64,000 nt of DNA, from positions 32,001 to 96,000 of the forward strand of contig CAVYRJ010000011.1 of NCBI GenBank assembly GCA_963770935.1, in the 5' to 3' direction. The translations under genes were made by a program, and so were the position numbers. Of the stretch, positions 9,002 through 19,912 are shown in pieces; within the stretch, counting starts at the first letter, position 1; every line of letters starts with the position of its first letter. The DNA is from Candidatus Bathyarchaeota archaeon. Lineage in GTDB: Archaea; Thermoproteota; Bathyarchaeia; Bathyarchaeales; Bathycorpusculaceae. The notes beneath the pieces were generated by a model. The model did not search any database, was not told the origin of the DNA, and saw nothing but the letters and a program-made list of their open reading frames with translations.

Positions 9002-11555
9002 TTATGGTCTTTTTCTTAGCATCAGAATTATTATTGCGCCAATTATAGCTATGAAAATGAAGATGCCGGCTGATTGCTGGAACAAAGTATGTTTCGGCGA
9101 TTGATACAGGTAAAGGTGTTGGTGCAGTAGTGGCTGATGGTGCTTCGTCTACGTTTATTGCAGTTTCTGCTTGTGATGGCCAATAGGAGTTTGAGCCAGC
9201 GAACTTGGCAATAATAGTGTATAGTCCTGGAACTTCGGGTTTGAACGCAAATTTGTACATGCCGTTTGCATCGCTTGTGGTTCTTCCGATCTCGTAGTTG
9301 TTGCCGTTAGGATCAAGAGTCTCAAAGACAACTTCGACTCCAGTTGCGTCTGTTGGTTTAGGCTTTTGCATGTAAACGTACTCCATCCATTTACCCATGT
9401 TTGCGTCAGATATTGCTGGAACTCCATTTGGAAAGCGTGCTGCTTGCTCTTTTTGCTTTGTGCCAGGTGCTGTGTCAATAACTGAGCCTTCTATTAGCAC
9501 ACTGCTTCCATGTACTGAAACTTTCGGTGATGCTGAGACAGTAGTAGCGCTTGGACCCTTGCCTATACTGTATATTTGCATGTCGTATAAGTTAAGACCT
9601 ACTAAGTAGCCGTCTGCAATGGCATAGCCCCAAGGTGGATATCCTGAAGATCCATGGAATGCTAGAGTCCATATTTCTTCTCCAGAGGTAGCGTCAAGAC
9701 AGTATAGTTCTGCGCCCTTCCAATATGGCGCTCCAGAAGAGTGTTCATTGACATGGAAGTAGATTTTTCCATCAGCGACTCCAACAAGACCAACGGGGTA
9801 ACCACCATAAGGCGCTGAAAAACCAGCTTTGACTGCTGTGCTATAATTCCATAATAGGTTTCCAGATTTGGTGTCATAGCAGTAGATCATTCCAGAGTAG
9901 CCGCAGGAGTAAAGTTTGCCATATGCAGTAGTTTGCGTCCATAAAGAACCGCCGCCTCCTGCATACATGTTAAAAGCAGCTTCAGAAGCAGTTGTCCACA
10001 ATGGTGTTCCATCGTCTAAGCTGTAGCCTAAATACTGTATGGTCTCTTTATCCCAGAAAATAAAGACGCGGTTCACTTCATCAATGAATCGGAAGCTTCG
10101 GCTAATGTTGCCTGGTGGTGCATCATAAGTTTTCGTCCACAAAAGTGTACCCTTAGAGTTTGGTTTTAGACTCATTGCCCACATTGTGTATGGTGTCCAA
10201 CTAGAAGTGCTAGGCAAAGCGCCGGTTCTACCCAGTAGAACGTCTTCGTGTACTACAGCTTGGATGCTTGATCCAGTTGGCAACCATGGTAATGTCACAT
10301 TCCATGAATATGCCGCGCTCATGTTAACCGATTTTCCTATAGGTCTCCACTGATTATAGTTGGTACTAGTAACATCATTTGGATCTGCTGTGTTGGTTAA
10401 TTGGTAAGCAGCCGTGTTGTTCCATAAAGCAAGCCATTTTCCTGCATCGTTAAGCACATAACGCACTATCTCGCCTTTACCAGTATACACTTCTGTACCA
10501 GAAGGAACACTAGTCATGTTAAATAGCAAGTCTCCTGTCAGTGGATCAAATGCACTGGCAAAGTTGTTCGACCACAAGTAGCCGTTAGGAATAACTCCAT
10601 GTTGATTCATTGATTGGTAATCATAGAGTTGACCGAATGATGGTGCTGCACTCCCTGAAACTCCTATTTTGTTGTTATACCATATTTTTTCTCCAGTGCG
10701 CAGATCTATGCAGATGTATCCCCCGTTGCCGGCTGTGCTACCTACTGGGAGAGTGAAATAGAGTCTTCCGTACATTACTATTGGATCTTTGAATAGAGTC
10801 TCGTAATGCGTTCCATCGTAGTATGTCATGCCTTCGGTGCCTGTGCGGTTTCCTCCAACAACGCCTCCATCCCTAACTGGCATACTCCACATTATGTGGG
10901 CGCTATTAGGCGCTATGCCGTCGGGCTGAACTTTTTGGAAGATGGCGGCCCCAGATAGCCAGTTAGAGGAAATGGTTGACCACGCGTTGTTTTGTCCTTC
11001 TATTGGGCGTGCCCAGTATTCGGTTGGTAGCGGGTAGATTGGAGGATCAGGTATTACTTCTTCCTGCACAGTAAATGTCGTTGTTGCGTTGCTGGCTAGA
11101 TAAGTATCGTTGATAGCAATGTTGTAAACGTAAATTCCCGATCCACTTTTGCCAGTTATCACTTGTCCAGGATATTTAAAATTGAGAGTGTATGTGCCAA
11201 CTTGATCAGGCGTGTATTTAGTATATCCGCAGCCTACTGGATCAGATGGTGGAAGCGATATGGTTTGACTGGTTCCGTCAGGGGCCATAATCTCTAATGT
11301 CTGTCCGATGTATCTTTCCCCAGCATTTCCCGCTGCTCCTGGCGGCAACTTATCAAGCCACCACGCAACGGTTACTGTTTGACCGATACCTACTGGATTG
11401 GGGGCAACAGTGACATAGGAGTATGTTGGAACTTTGAATGGAGGATTATTTGCATTAGCGGATGGCAAAGCAACGAATATTGAGGTGGTTGTAATTGTTA
11501 GCATCAGAATAATCGCAATCAAAGAAGCTTTAGTTTTTTTGTTTACTGATTTCAT
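9002..11555 (-). CDS. secreted PQQ-like beta-propeller surface protein with C-terminal membrane anchor (1-nt frameshift near 9071)
   Basis: Signal peptide, PLPTEYWARPI and repeated D..TG...W blades. Removing one base restores the anchor AGIFIFIAIIGAIIILMLRKRP with a stop at 9002. Confidence 0.85.
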
Positions 11556-11822
11556 TTTTTCCTTTCCTATAAATTGTGTTTGGCAAGCAATCTTTCGAGA
11601 AATTGCCTCGCCAACGAAGGGCTGCTATGTTCAAAAGAAATATTTATAATTTTGCCACTTTACATTTTAACAAGATTCCAAATAGAATTTTGGAAATGTT
11701 TAAAGGCAGAAATCGGTGTGTTGACTCTAGAAGATGTTAATGGTGCAGACTCTTTTTTTCTACTTGTAAAAGCTTCGGTTTTGTATGAGTTTTTAGATCA
11801 TTGCTTTTCTTTTTGTTGAATT

Positions 11823-12551
11823 TCATCTAGTACGTTCCTTAGCTCTTTTCCTGACCCTTGAGGCAATTAGTCTACTCTTCGCAGGATTATTAATTCTCAG
11901 AAGAAGTGCCAGTCTAACCGATTGAGTGCTTAAATTGGTCACCCGAACTTCAGGTACAAATTCAGCAATAAGCTCTTCTTTGAGTTCTGAGCCAATGTCT
12001 AATAACGCTTTCTCTACCTCTGAAAGATCTAGGGCTCTGCTTATCACTATAGAAATTGCAATACGAGTTCCTCCTGGAGTTGTTTTGTTAATTATTATAT
12101 TTCGAGTAATTTTCGAGTTGGGTACGTATACAGTTTCATTGTCAGGAGTCATCAGAACTGTATCTTCCCATGTGATGTCTACAACTCTTCCAAAAAATTT
12201 GCCAACTTGAACCCAATCTCCAAGCTTAAACGGTTCATATGATTTTATGACTCCGTAAGAAACCAAGTTTGATAATACATGTCTAAGTGCAATTGCCAAA
12301 ATTATTGCGCCTAAGGCAACGAGGGTCAGCAATATTGTTAGGTCTAAGCCAACCTGACTAAATGCTATCAAAATTCCTATGAACCAGGTTATCCAGGTCA
12401 CAAGGCGTCTAATTTGTCGAGACATACTTTGGCTAAGTTTACCCTTCGCTTTCGAGACAAGACTTCTCAGGATTATGGAAATTATCCAGGTAGCAAGAAA
12501 AATCAAGCCCACAATAGCTATTTTTAATAAAAGCTCAATAGAGACTGGCAA
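11823..12551 (-). CDS. MscS-family small-conductance mechanosensitive channel
   Basis: 3 TM segments, then PFKLGDWVQVG...GRVVDI...T.DNETVYVPNS. Confidence 0.9.
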   Translation of the reverse strand: MPVSIELLLKIAIVGLIFLATWIISIILRSLVSKAKGKLSQSMSRQIRRLVTWITWFIGILIAFSQVGLDLTILLTLVALGAIILAIALRHVLSNLVSYGVIKSYEPFKLGDWVQVGKFFGRVVDITWEDTVLMTPDNETVYVPNSKITRNIIINKTTPGGTRIAISIVISRALDLSEVEKALLDIGSELKEELIAEFVPEVRVTNLSTQSVRLALLLRINNPAKSRLIASRVRKRAKERTR

Positions 12552-12607
12552 GACAATTTGGTAGAACTATTGGAATTCTTATCATAGTTTAGGCTCTAAT
12601 TAATTTT

Positions 12608-13289
12608 TTATGTAATTTCGGCTTCTCTGAGTTTTTCGGCAGCTTTTTCAACTGTTTCTGATTCACCCAAAAGAAGCACACTGTCTCCTCCTTTAAAGAT
12701 GAAATGATTCCTCCGGAAAAACGAACTCGCCATTGCGAAATATGCTGGCGATCCTAAGTTTTTCGGGTTCGTCAAATCTAATTCTATTTTTACCGATTGC
12801 TACGCCATTTTGAGGAATAATAACTGAAACTATCTTGAAACCTGCGTTTGCTTTCTCATAGAGGGTTTCTATTGTTCGGCTTTCTATAGCATTCAAGAAT
12901 AAGCGGCGAGTCTCTATCGATGGACAAATAGCAATGTCGGCGCCAGCCGTCTTCATTAAATCTATGCTCTCAGGCTGATGAGCTCTCGCGATTACAAACG
13001 GTATTCCAAAGTCCCTTTTAGCTATCTCGCATACAGCAATATTCGTTTTATCACTGCTTGTTAAGGCCATCAAAGCATCCATTTTATCAGCTTCCAAGTT
13101 TTTCCAAATTTCCTTCTCTTCTCCGCTTCCTTGGAAAATAGCTGCATCCGCATGGTCAACTATATGCTTACATGCCGCATCGCCTTTTTCGATGACAGTG
13201 AGAAGGTGCCCTCTTTCGGATAGATAATGAATTAATGGTAAACCAATGTCGCCCGCACCGACTATCATTATTCGCAAATAGGTAACCAA
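12608..13289 (-). CDS. TrkA-family (RCK_N/RCK_C) NAD-binding transport regulator (frameshift near 12705)
   Basis: IVGAGDIG Rossmann motif and ALTSSDKTN. The corrected frame continues FIFKGGDSVLLLGE to a stop at 12608. Confidence 0.85.
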
Positions 13290-13343
13290 TTCTTAGATAA
13301 CTTTATCATTTAAAAAGTATTGTGATTAAACCTGTTTTGGTTG

Positions 13344-14690
13344 TTATTCAACCGGTTCTTCCGTTTTTTGCGTTTTTCTAATTCTTTTGCTCACAAACAA
13401 GAGAAGCAGTCCTACGCCTCCAAAAGTGATTCCTAAAACTAAGGCTTCCAAACTCATTGTTATAATCATAAATGATAAAGCTGCAATGGCTATGATAGGT
13501 ACATAGGGGTAAAGTGGAACCTTGAAGGGGCGGTAAAGGTTGGGTTCAGTCTTTCTTAAACGAATTAATGCTAATGCCACCATGATTGCTGTAATGGAGT
13601 AGCCAAGGGATATTGCGTAAACTATGAAATTAATTGATCTTGTCAAAACAAAAAAGATAGCTATTAAAACTGTTAATGCTAGTGCTACAAACGGAGTTCT
13701 GTTCCTTGGATGTACTTTTTTGAAGATGGATGGCAAGAAATCATTCCTACTTAAAGCAAAGGCTATACGTGTTCCACCTGCCATGGCTCCATTAATCGTA
13801 GTTAATGTTGCAACAATTGCAGCAGCAGAAACTATAGTGCCGCCTATTGGACCTATAAAGTAGGTAGCGGCATCTTGCAGGGGCGTAGCTGAATTAGCGT
13901 AGATTTCTGGTGGAGCACCGGCAACCATGGCTATTGATGCGCCTACAAAAAGCAGTGTAATAACTGCCAGAGTTAGAAAAAGGGCTCTTGGGATATTTTT
14001 TCCTGCAGTTTTGACTTCTTCAGACATCTGAGTGATTGACTCATACCCTGCGTATGTGGGAAAAATAAAACTCACCATTGCGAACATGGGCAATATTCCT
14101 TTTGGAAAGAATGGTTCAAATCTGCTTGCCTCAAAACTCAGAGAGGAGCCTGCCATGAAAAAGCAAAGTGTAAAGATTAAGACTCCGGTGAGGGCTAACT
14201 GGACGATGCTCATGCTTCTTGTTCCTCTAAAGTTGATTAAAGCAAACACAATCAAAGTTAGAATAGCCAACGTGAAGGGCTCTACCCACCTAAGGAAATA
14301 ATTGACTGAAAGAGCAAAAACCAGTGAACCGATAGCGCAATCAGTAATGCTGCCCACCCAGCTAAACCACCCCGCTATAAACGTTGGAGTCTTTTTGCCG
14401 AAAGCACGTCCCACAAAAGCAATTGCTCCACCCGCGCCGCTTGGAACAGATGATCCAAGCTCAGCGTAAGAGAGTCCCATAAGAAGAGCAAAGAAAGCTC
14501 CAATCAAGAAAGTAACCACAATACTAGGTCCAGCCTCGCCACGGCTCTACCCATAATAGCAAACATAACTCCCCCAATTGCCGTGCCCACACCAAGAAAC
14601 GTAGTTTGCACAAGATTCAAAGTACGCAATAAAGGAATTTCATGAATGATTCTATGAATTTTCTTCGTGGAACTCTTCGTAGACGCTGTT
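13344..14690 (-). CDS. APC-family amino acid permease (frameshift near 14540; start approximate)
   Basis: Upstream frame LLRTLNLVQTTFLGVGTAIGG joins EAGPS, SYAELGS, YAGYE..T.MSEE and RPFKVPLYP. Confidence 0.88.
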
Positions 14691-14731
14691 CACCTCTAGA
14701 ATATATAGTATTTATCATAAGTGGCTAAATT

Positions 14732-15030
14732 ATATTAGCTCTTCTGGAGAGGTTGGGAACGAACGGCGATTGGCAAGAAGGCAAATGTCGACTCTTTGTA
14801 TTTTCTGAAAGTTGCAATAATTGTGCAAAATGCTTGTGCAGCAGCATCTTCTCCCGATCCCGCTGATGACATTGCTCCTCAGTCGCTTTTTGTGGCGCTA
14901 AAGTCGTGGCTGCTGGTTTGAAGACTAAACCGTTTAACTTGGGTTTATCTATGAAAGATAACACCCAACCGCAAATTCTAGTAGCCGTATCATCATCACC
15001 ATCATCATCTTCTAAGGGTCATTGGGAGGA
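14732..15030 (-). pseudogene. possible degraded gene fragment downstream of the 15077 membrane protein
   Basis: Interrupted coding-like frames (EDDDGDDDTATRICGW...; AMSSAGSGEDAAAQAF...) with no clean start or stop. Confidence 0.25.
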
Positions 15031-15076
15031 CTTGCAATAAGGATACTTAAGAAAACCAGAGTTCTTCAATTTGCCT

Positions 15077-15811
15077 TCATTTCTCAAAATCGTAGTTCTC
15101 CTCATTCGCCACGACCGACCAATTTACTCCCGCAATCGCACATGCTTTACTGAAATCAGGATCAGTTTCAACCCGTCTTCGGATAAAGAGATATTCCAAT
15201 TGAGCCGCCTCGTTGCGAGGTCTCGTAGCACCATAATGTAGAACTACCGAAACGATAAAAATTACTCCTAAAATGGGGATATCAAGCCAGGCATGTCGAG
15301 AAGTAAGCGAAAGGTATGTATTTCCAGTGAAATAGCTAGAAAGAACAAAAAACAATATAATGGCTAAAGCTGCGGCGGGAACATAGAGACTGCAGACTAT
15401 TCTGGCATTGTAATGAGACCGAAAGCCTCTTCCAATAGAATAGAAATATCTACAGTCAACAATGTCCTTGCCCGTAATATGTGTCATTTCAATGAACATT
15501 TTTTGCCTTGATTCTGAAAGATTATTCCAGTTCTCAGCATGATTAGCAAAATATCTCAGCAAAGGTCTTTGTTCCTTCTTCATGGCATCCCGACCGTAGG
15601 AGAATGTATCGTAAAATGTGTAAATGACATATCCAAATGCAAGGGCGGCACCAAAAGCACCTACCGCGATAGCAACGGCAATGTCCAGATGATTGCCCAT
15701 GAAAAGCAAGCCATCAGTACTCAGAATTGGAAGAATGAGACAGGTAGCATAAATTACAAATAAACTTCCGGGAATAAAGTAACGCAGGAATTGGTATTCA
15801 TCGAATGGCAC
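15077..15811 (-). CDS. hypothetical 4-TM membrane protein
   Basis: 244 aa; N-terminal RYFIPG motif; two TM pairs separated by a soluble loop. Confidence 0.7.
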   Translation of the reverse strand: MPFDEYQFLRYFIPGSLFVIYATCLILPILSTDGLLFMGNHLDIAVAIAVGAFGAALAFGYVIYTFYDTFSYGRDAMKKEQRPLLRYFANHAENWNNLSESRQKMFIEMTHITGKDIVDCRYFYSIGRGFRSHYNARIVCSLYVPAAALAIILFFVLSSYFTGNTYLSLTSRHAWLDIPILGVIFIVSVVLHYGATRPRNEAAQLEYLFIRRRVETDPDFSKACAIAGVNWSVVANEENYDFEK

Positions 15812-15989
15812 ATCTATACCTCTTCTTAACCTTATCTTCCTTATCCACTAAATAAAATATTGCCAAACCCATAGTAAGAAAGGATTACGTCTATGAAGCT
15901 TTTATCTTGAACATTATCTCTTCACCTGAGTGTACGGAATAAGTCGGAGCTATAAAACCCTTAACATTTGACTAACATTTGAGCGGTTA

Positions 15990-16160
15990 GGAAAAACTTT
16001 AACCTCACTCATGGTATAGGTAGCGCTGAACCTTCGTTTTGCGCTTCCCATCTTTGCAGCTTCTCCGGCTACCGAACTCAGGGCAGATTACCTTCGGGCG
16101 TTCCTTCTCTCCGCTAAGAACGTGTTTAGGGAGGATTTTGCGGCAGAGAGGGCAATTAAA
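15990..16160 (-). pseudogene. decayed Zn-ribbon fragment resembling the N-terminus of archaeal integrases/IS1-like proteins
   Basis: The minus frame reads ICPEFGSRRSCKDGKRKTKVQRYLYHE*G*SFS. This resembles the CPxCGS..KDG.R...QRYLCxxCGxxFS pattern with Cys codons lost and two stops. Confidence 0.55.
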
Positions 16161-16251
16161 AGTACATTCGTAAAAAATTCAAATAAATCAACACTTCTGG
16201 AAACATAATTCTAATATTAACCTATGTAGTCCTTTTATCAAATACCTGTGT

Positions 16252-16329
16252 GGGCCGGTCGTCTAGCCTGGTTAGGACGTTGGCTTTACGAGCCAAAGGT
16301 CGCCGGTCCGAGTCCGGCTCGGCCCACCA
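16252..16329 (+). tRNA. tRNA-Val(TAC), intronless, encoded CCA
   Basis: Acceptor GGGCCGG/TCGGCCC, anticodon stem TTGGC/GCCAA with loop TTTACGA (TAC at 16287-16289), T-stem GCCGG/CCGGC and 3' ACCA. Confidence 0.96.
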
Positions 16330-16722
16330 TCTTTTAATTGTTTGTATTTGTTAAATTACGAACGTTTTCTATAACTGCGTTAAATATTCAGTGATTAAGT
16401 GATTTACTTGATTTTCAATGTCTTGATTAAGTTAAGACATTTTCTTTTGGTTTATCGTCCATTTTTTGCATAAATTAAACAAAATGAATTTTTGTGTTAT
16501 TGCATTCATACTTTAAGGGAAGAAGAATGAAAGAACTTCGTTGCGTTTTTAACCTTCTCTTCAAACATTTGATATCTATAGGTTGATTTGTGCTAGGGAA
16601 TCTCTGCAGGATAATCATAAACTATGTGGTGATCAAATGTACCATTTTTCTAGTTGGAGTTGTTTATTGAAATTCTTAAAAATCTTATAAGCAGATAAAG
16701 ATTATTTAAAATAACGCTACAT

Positions 16723-17883
16723 GTGTTGAAAACTGGAGTAAATCCAAAAATGGGTCTTATCCAAAAATTCAAAAAAAGAAATGAAAATAAATCAAAAAAT
16801 GGAGAACTGCAGAACAATTGTTCACTATCATACATTGAACTACTTGTTCGACGAGGGCCTTTTCCTAAATCTGATTGCGATCCTTTAGCCTGTACTCTTA
16901 ACATTTTTTTCATTTCATTTTTGGTACCAATAATTGGCTACGTCTACGTTAAATTAAATAACTTTTCTCTCATCCATTTCCCTGAAGGCATCAATATTCC
17001 TGTTGAGCTAGTTTTTCTCTGGATCGGTGTTTTGCTTTTCTCGTTTACTTTTGTAATTTATCATGCTTCAGGACGGTATAGAAGCTTTCTAACTCACGTA
17101 AAACCATGTTTAAAATATGATGATACAAATTTCGAGAAATTCCGAAATAGCCGCATAAAGCACGCCTTTAAGGTACCGCGAGGGGTCATGACTCTTTTAC
17201 TTTTAACTGTGCCGGTGCTAGTTTTGGGATTAACTTTTACTCCATCAATTTCGATGGATTTGGTCATTATTTCTCTATTTTCTACAGTGTTGGTATATAG
17301 CGCAATTTTAGATAGTGTCGGAATTTGGCTGATTTATTCCTTCTTACAAACTTCAAACAAATTTGGCAATGACGTTCAACTAAAGATAAATCCATTTGAC
17401 CCTGATGCAGTGGGCGGATTGTCACCGTTGTCTGAATTGAGTACTTTGCTGATTTTTGATATTGGTTTTCTTTCTATCTTAATAATTCCAATTTGGCAAA
17501 TATTTCTTCCTCAAGCTTCCTATGTTATGATATTTGTTACTTCTGTCCTGATGCCTGCCTATTTTTTCCTTTCAATGAGAGGAATTTATGATAGACTAAA
17601 AGAAGAAAAAGAAAAGACTTTGCTGAAATTAAATGAAGAAATTCAATCACTTAGTAGGCGAATACAGAGATTCTTAGATATAGATCACAGTGTTGAAGAA
17701 ATGGATGATAAGGAAATATTGGTTATTAGTAATGGATTGAATGCCCTAGAATTAATTTATAAGAGAATAAAATCCATGCACACTTTTCCAGTCAATGCAG
17801 AAATAATGGCAAAAATTTTTCTGAGTGCAATATTACCTGTGATAGCTTTATTGATAGATGTTGTTCAAGCCCAGATTCTCTGA
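16723..17883 (+). CDS. hypothetical polytopic membrane protein
   Basis: About 7 TM segments, an INPFDPDAVGGLSPL motif and a coiled segment before a terminal TM. Confidence 0.75.
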   Translation: MLKTGVNPKMGLIQKFKKRNENKSKNGELQNNCSLSYIELLVRRGPFPKSDCDPLACTLNIFFISFLVPIIGYVYVKLNNFSLIHFPEGINIPVELVFLWIGVLLFSFTFVIYHASGRYRSFLTHVKPCLKYDDTNFEKFRNSRIKHAFKVPRGVMTLLLLTVPVLVLGLTFTPSISMDLVIISLFSTVLVYSAILDSVGIWLIYSFLQTSNKFGNDVQLKINPFDPDAVGGLSPLSELSTLLIFDIGFLSILIIPIWQIFLPQASYVMIFVTSVLMPAYFFLSMRGIYDRLKEEKEKTLLKLNEEIQSLSRRIQRFLDIDHSVEEMDDKEILVISNGLNALELIYKRIKSMHTFPVNAEIMAKIFLSAILPVIALLIDVVQAQIL

Positions 17884-17977
17884 TCATGTCATTATTATTT
17901 TATGTTATAGAAATAGGTTTAATCCGGGTCAATTTTATGCCCACACAAATGTTTGCTGGAAGTAGAGACGATATTAA

Positions 17978-18442
17978 ATGCTAGTAAGTGCACACTTTTT
18001 TTCAGGGCTTCTTTTTCTTTCTTTGCTAAATTATTTCGGAATTTTGCCTGAAACCGGTCCTTTTTTAAGTCTTTTAATTATTTTAGCTTTTGTTATTCCT
18101 GACATTGATTATCTAATTTCTAAAATGCATAGAAATCTGTTTACACATACGCCGATTTTTTTGTTCACTATTGCGGTCTTCTTATCCTTGATTTCGCCAA
18201 ACATGTGGTTTTTCATTCCTGCTTTCTTCATACATATGCTCTTAGACACATTGGATTATGGGATTATGTTAAAATATCCAATGTCTCGCGCAAAATATGG
18301 AAAAGCGGTCTTGGGAAAAGAAGCTGACCCAAGTAGAACCTTGCTCGATTTTATAAAGCAATATTTTAAAAATTCTACTATTATTACTATTGAATTTATT
18401 CTTATGTTCCTGTCGATTTTTGCACTGGTCATTTCATCTTAA
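17978..18442 (+). CDS. membrane-bound metal-dependent hydrolase (YdjM-like)
   Basis: H near the N-terminus, IPDID, HRNLFTH and HMLLD metal-ligand pattern. Confidence 0.82.
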   Translation: MLVSAHFFSGLLFLSLLNYFGILPETGPFLSLLIILAFVIPDIDYLISKMHRNLFTHTPIFLFTIAVFLSLISPNMWFFIPAFFIHMLLDTLDYGIMLKYPMSRAKYGKAVLGKEADPSRTLLDFIKQYFKNSTIITIEFILMFLSIFALVISS

Positions 18443-18635
18443 ATATAAATTGAAATGAAAAACTTTCGGAAATAAAATATGATAGCAAATGAAAGATGCC
18501 GTTAAACTTTTTACTGCTTTATTATTTTAGACCTTATAAGGCAATCTCTTTTTGAGGCATATTATTTTATTAAAACGTAATTACATCAATAGATAAAATT
18601 GTGGGAGAGTATAACTCGTCAGCTTCGAGTACAGC

Positions 18636-19562
18636 ATGATAAAGAAAAGTCACACTAATCCTAATGAAATCAATGTAAAAAATTTAGATAATGATCTGAA
18701 AAATCCTTTTGAAGAATTAGCCTCAGCCTTAATAAGAAAATACAAATCGCAAATTGTTTCAATAGTTGTATTTGGTTCTGGCACCACAGGCGATTGGATA
18801 AGGGGAAAATCAGATATAGACTTTATAATTGTCACTGATGCTCAATCAAATAGGTGGAAAATTGAAAATTTTACAAATATCCTTCTAACTAAGTTGAGTT
18901 TGAAATACGACTTGCGATTAGATAAGACATGTTCTACTTTTAAGTCAAATAATAATCCACTTAAGAATTTAATTTCAACTCTGGAAAGTTTCATGACCTT
19001 TGGAAAACCTTTTTTTGTGGTGTCAAAAAATCAAATCGATGTTAAGAAGGGAAAGATAAAGAATTTTAGGATCAGATTTGTTACTTCAATTTTTAATTCG
19101 ATAGCCATTTTTGTTGCCAAAGCTAATCAAACTGGAGTAACTATTTATGGAGAAAACCTCCTCGACCAAATGTATATCAACTATTCAATTGTTGAAAAAA
19201 TCAAGGCATTCATAGCTCCAATATGGTTAATTATTGTTAGTTTTGCAGTATTTCCGATTGATGCCCAACTCTCTTTAAGTCATAGCGTGAAGGCAACGAT
19301 TTGGTCTTGTGAAGATGCATTATTTTTTTTAGAACGTAAATTATCTGTAACTGAATTGGAAATTTTTGAATTAGAGAAAATTTTTCAAAACCAAGAAATT
19401 AGTTTATCGCATGCTTGGAAAGCAAACAACCTAAGACCCACTTTACAAGGTGCAGTAATTGAGAAAGGTGCAATTATGCAATTTCTGGTCCAAACTTCTA
19501 AATTTAATAGAATGCTATATGTTAAAACCGCAGAAAAATGGCGTTTCAACCAAAACAAATAA
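18636..19562 (+). CDS. Pol-beta-superfamily nucleotidyltransferase with helical C-terminal extension
   Basis: IVVFGSGTTGDWIRGKSDIDFIIV (hG[GS]...DxD) and GVTIYGENLL. Confidence 0.85.
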   Translation: MIKKSHTNPNEINVKNLDNDLKNPFEELASALIRKYKSQIVSIVVFGSGTTGDWIRGKSDIDFIIVTDAQSNRWKIENFTNILLTKLSLKYDLRLDKTCSTFKSNNNPLKNLISTLESFMTFGKPFFVVSKNQIDVKKGKIKNFRIRFVTSIFNSIAIFVAKANQTGVTIYGENLLDQMYINYSIVEKIKAFIAPIWLIIVSFAVFPIDAQLSLSHSVKATIWSCEDALFFLERKLSVTELEIFELEKIFQNQEISLSHAWKANNLRPTLQGAVIEKGAIMQFLVQTSKFNRMLYVKTAEKWRFNQNK

Positions 19563-19636
19563 TTTTTCTTATGCAAAGAAGAGCAAACTAAAATTCGGAT
19601 TAATGATGTTTGTTCATCCCATCCAATTCAACGATT

Positions 19637-19710
19637 GCTGGGTTATTTCCTAATTAGGCTGTCTTGGCTTTTGGAGCCTAGTCGCTGGTTCAAGTCTGGT
19701 CCGGCACACT
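19637..19710 (+). repeat. degenerate tRNA-like copy (probable old att site)
   Basis: TTGGCTTTTGGAGCCTA--GTCGCTGGTTCAAGTCTGGTCCGGCACACT aligns with tRNA 16280-16329 at about 36/50 by manual count. The 5' part (CCTAATTAGG) resembles the D-arm. Confidence 0.7.
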
Positions 19711-19912
19711 TTAATTGCAAAAGGAGCTTGGATTGTGCTTATTTGAATTTGCTGAAAGGCGCAAAATTTTTTAGCGATGTTACAGTTTCTAATGCCCTCA
19801 TTTTTGAACTGTGCACGTCCTTTGTTCTTGCTTGATACGCCATTTAAACTTAATCATTAGAGATCGGGATATTTGTTTTTGAGAAGGCTTAAGTGCTGAT
19901 GCGTCTATAAGG

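Larger units (their letters stand above)
16330..19710. mobile_element. AT-rich accessory island 1 between tRNA-Val and a degenerate tRNA copy
   Basis: Visibly AT-richer than core genes, three non-core genes, and bounded by a tRNA-like direct repeat. No intact integrase inside. Confidence 0.6.

Noticed and set aside
16000-16160. GC-richer intergenic stretch as a riboswitch or ncRNA
   Set aside because: No recognisable riboswitch consensus; it is better explained as a decayed Zn-ribbon coding frame.
18636-19562. Firm call as a CBASS cyclase (CD-NTase)
   Set aside because: Only the generic Pol-beta motif is visible and there is no recognisable Cap2/Cap3/SAVED or known effector, so it is kept as a hypothesis only.
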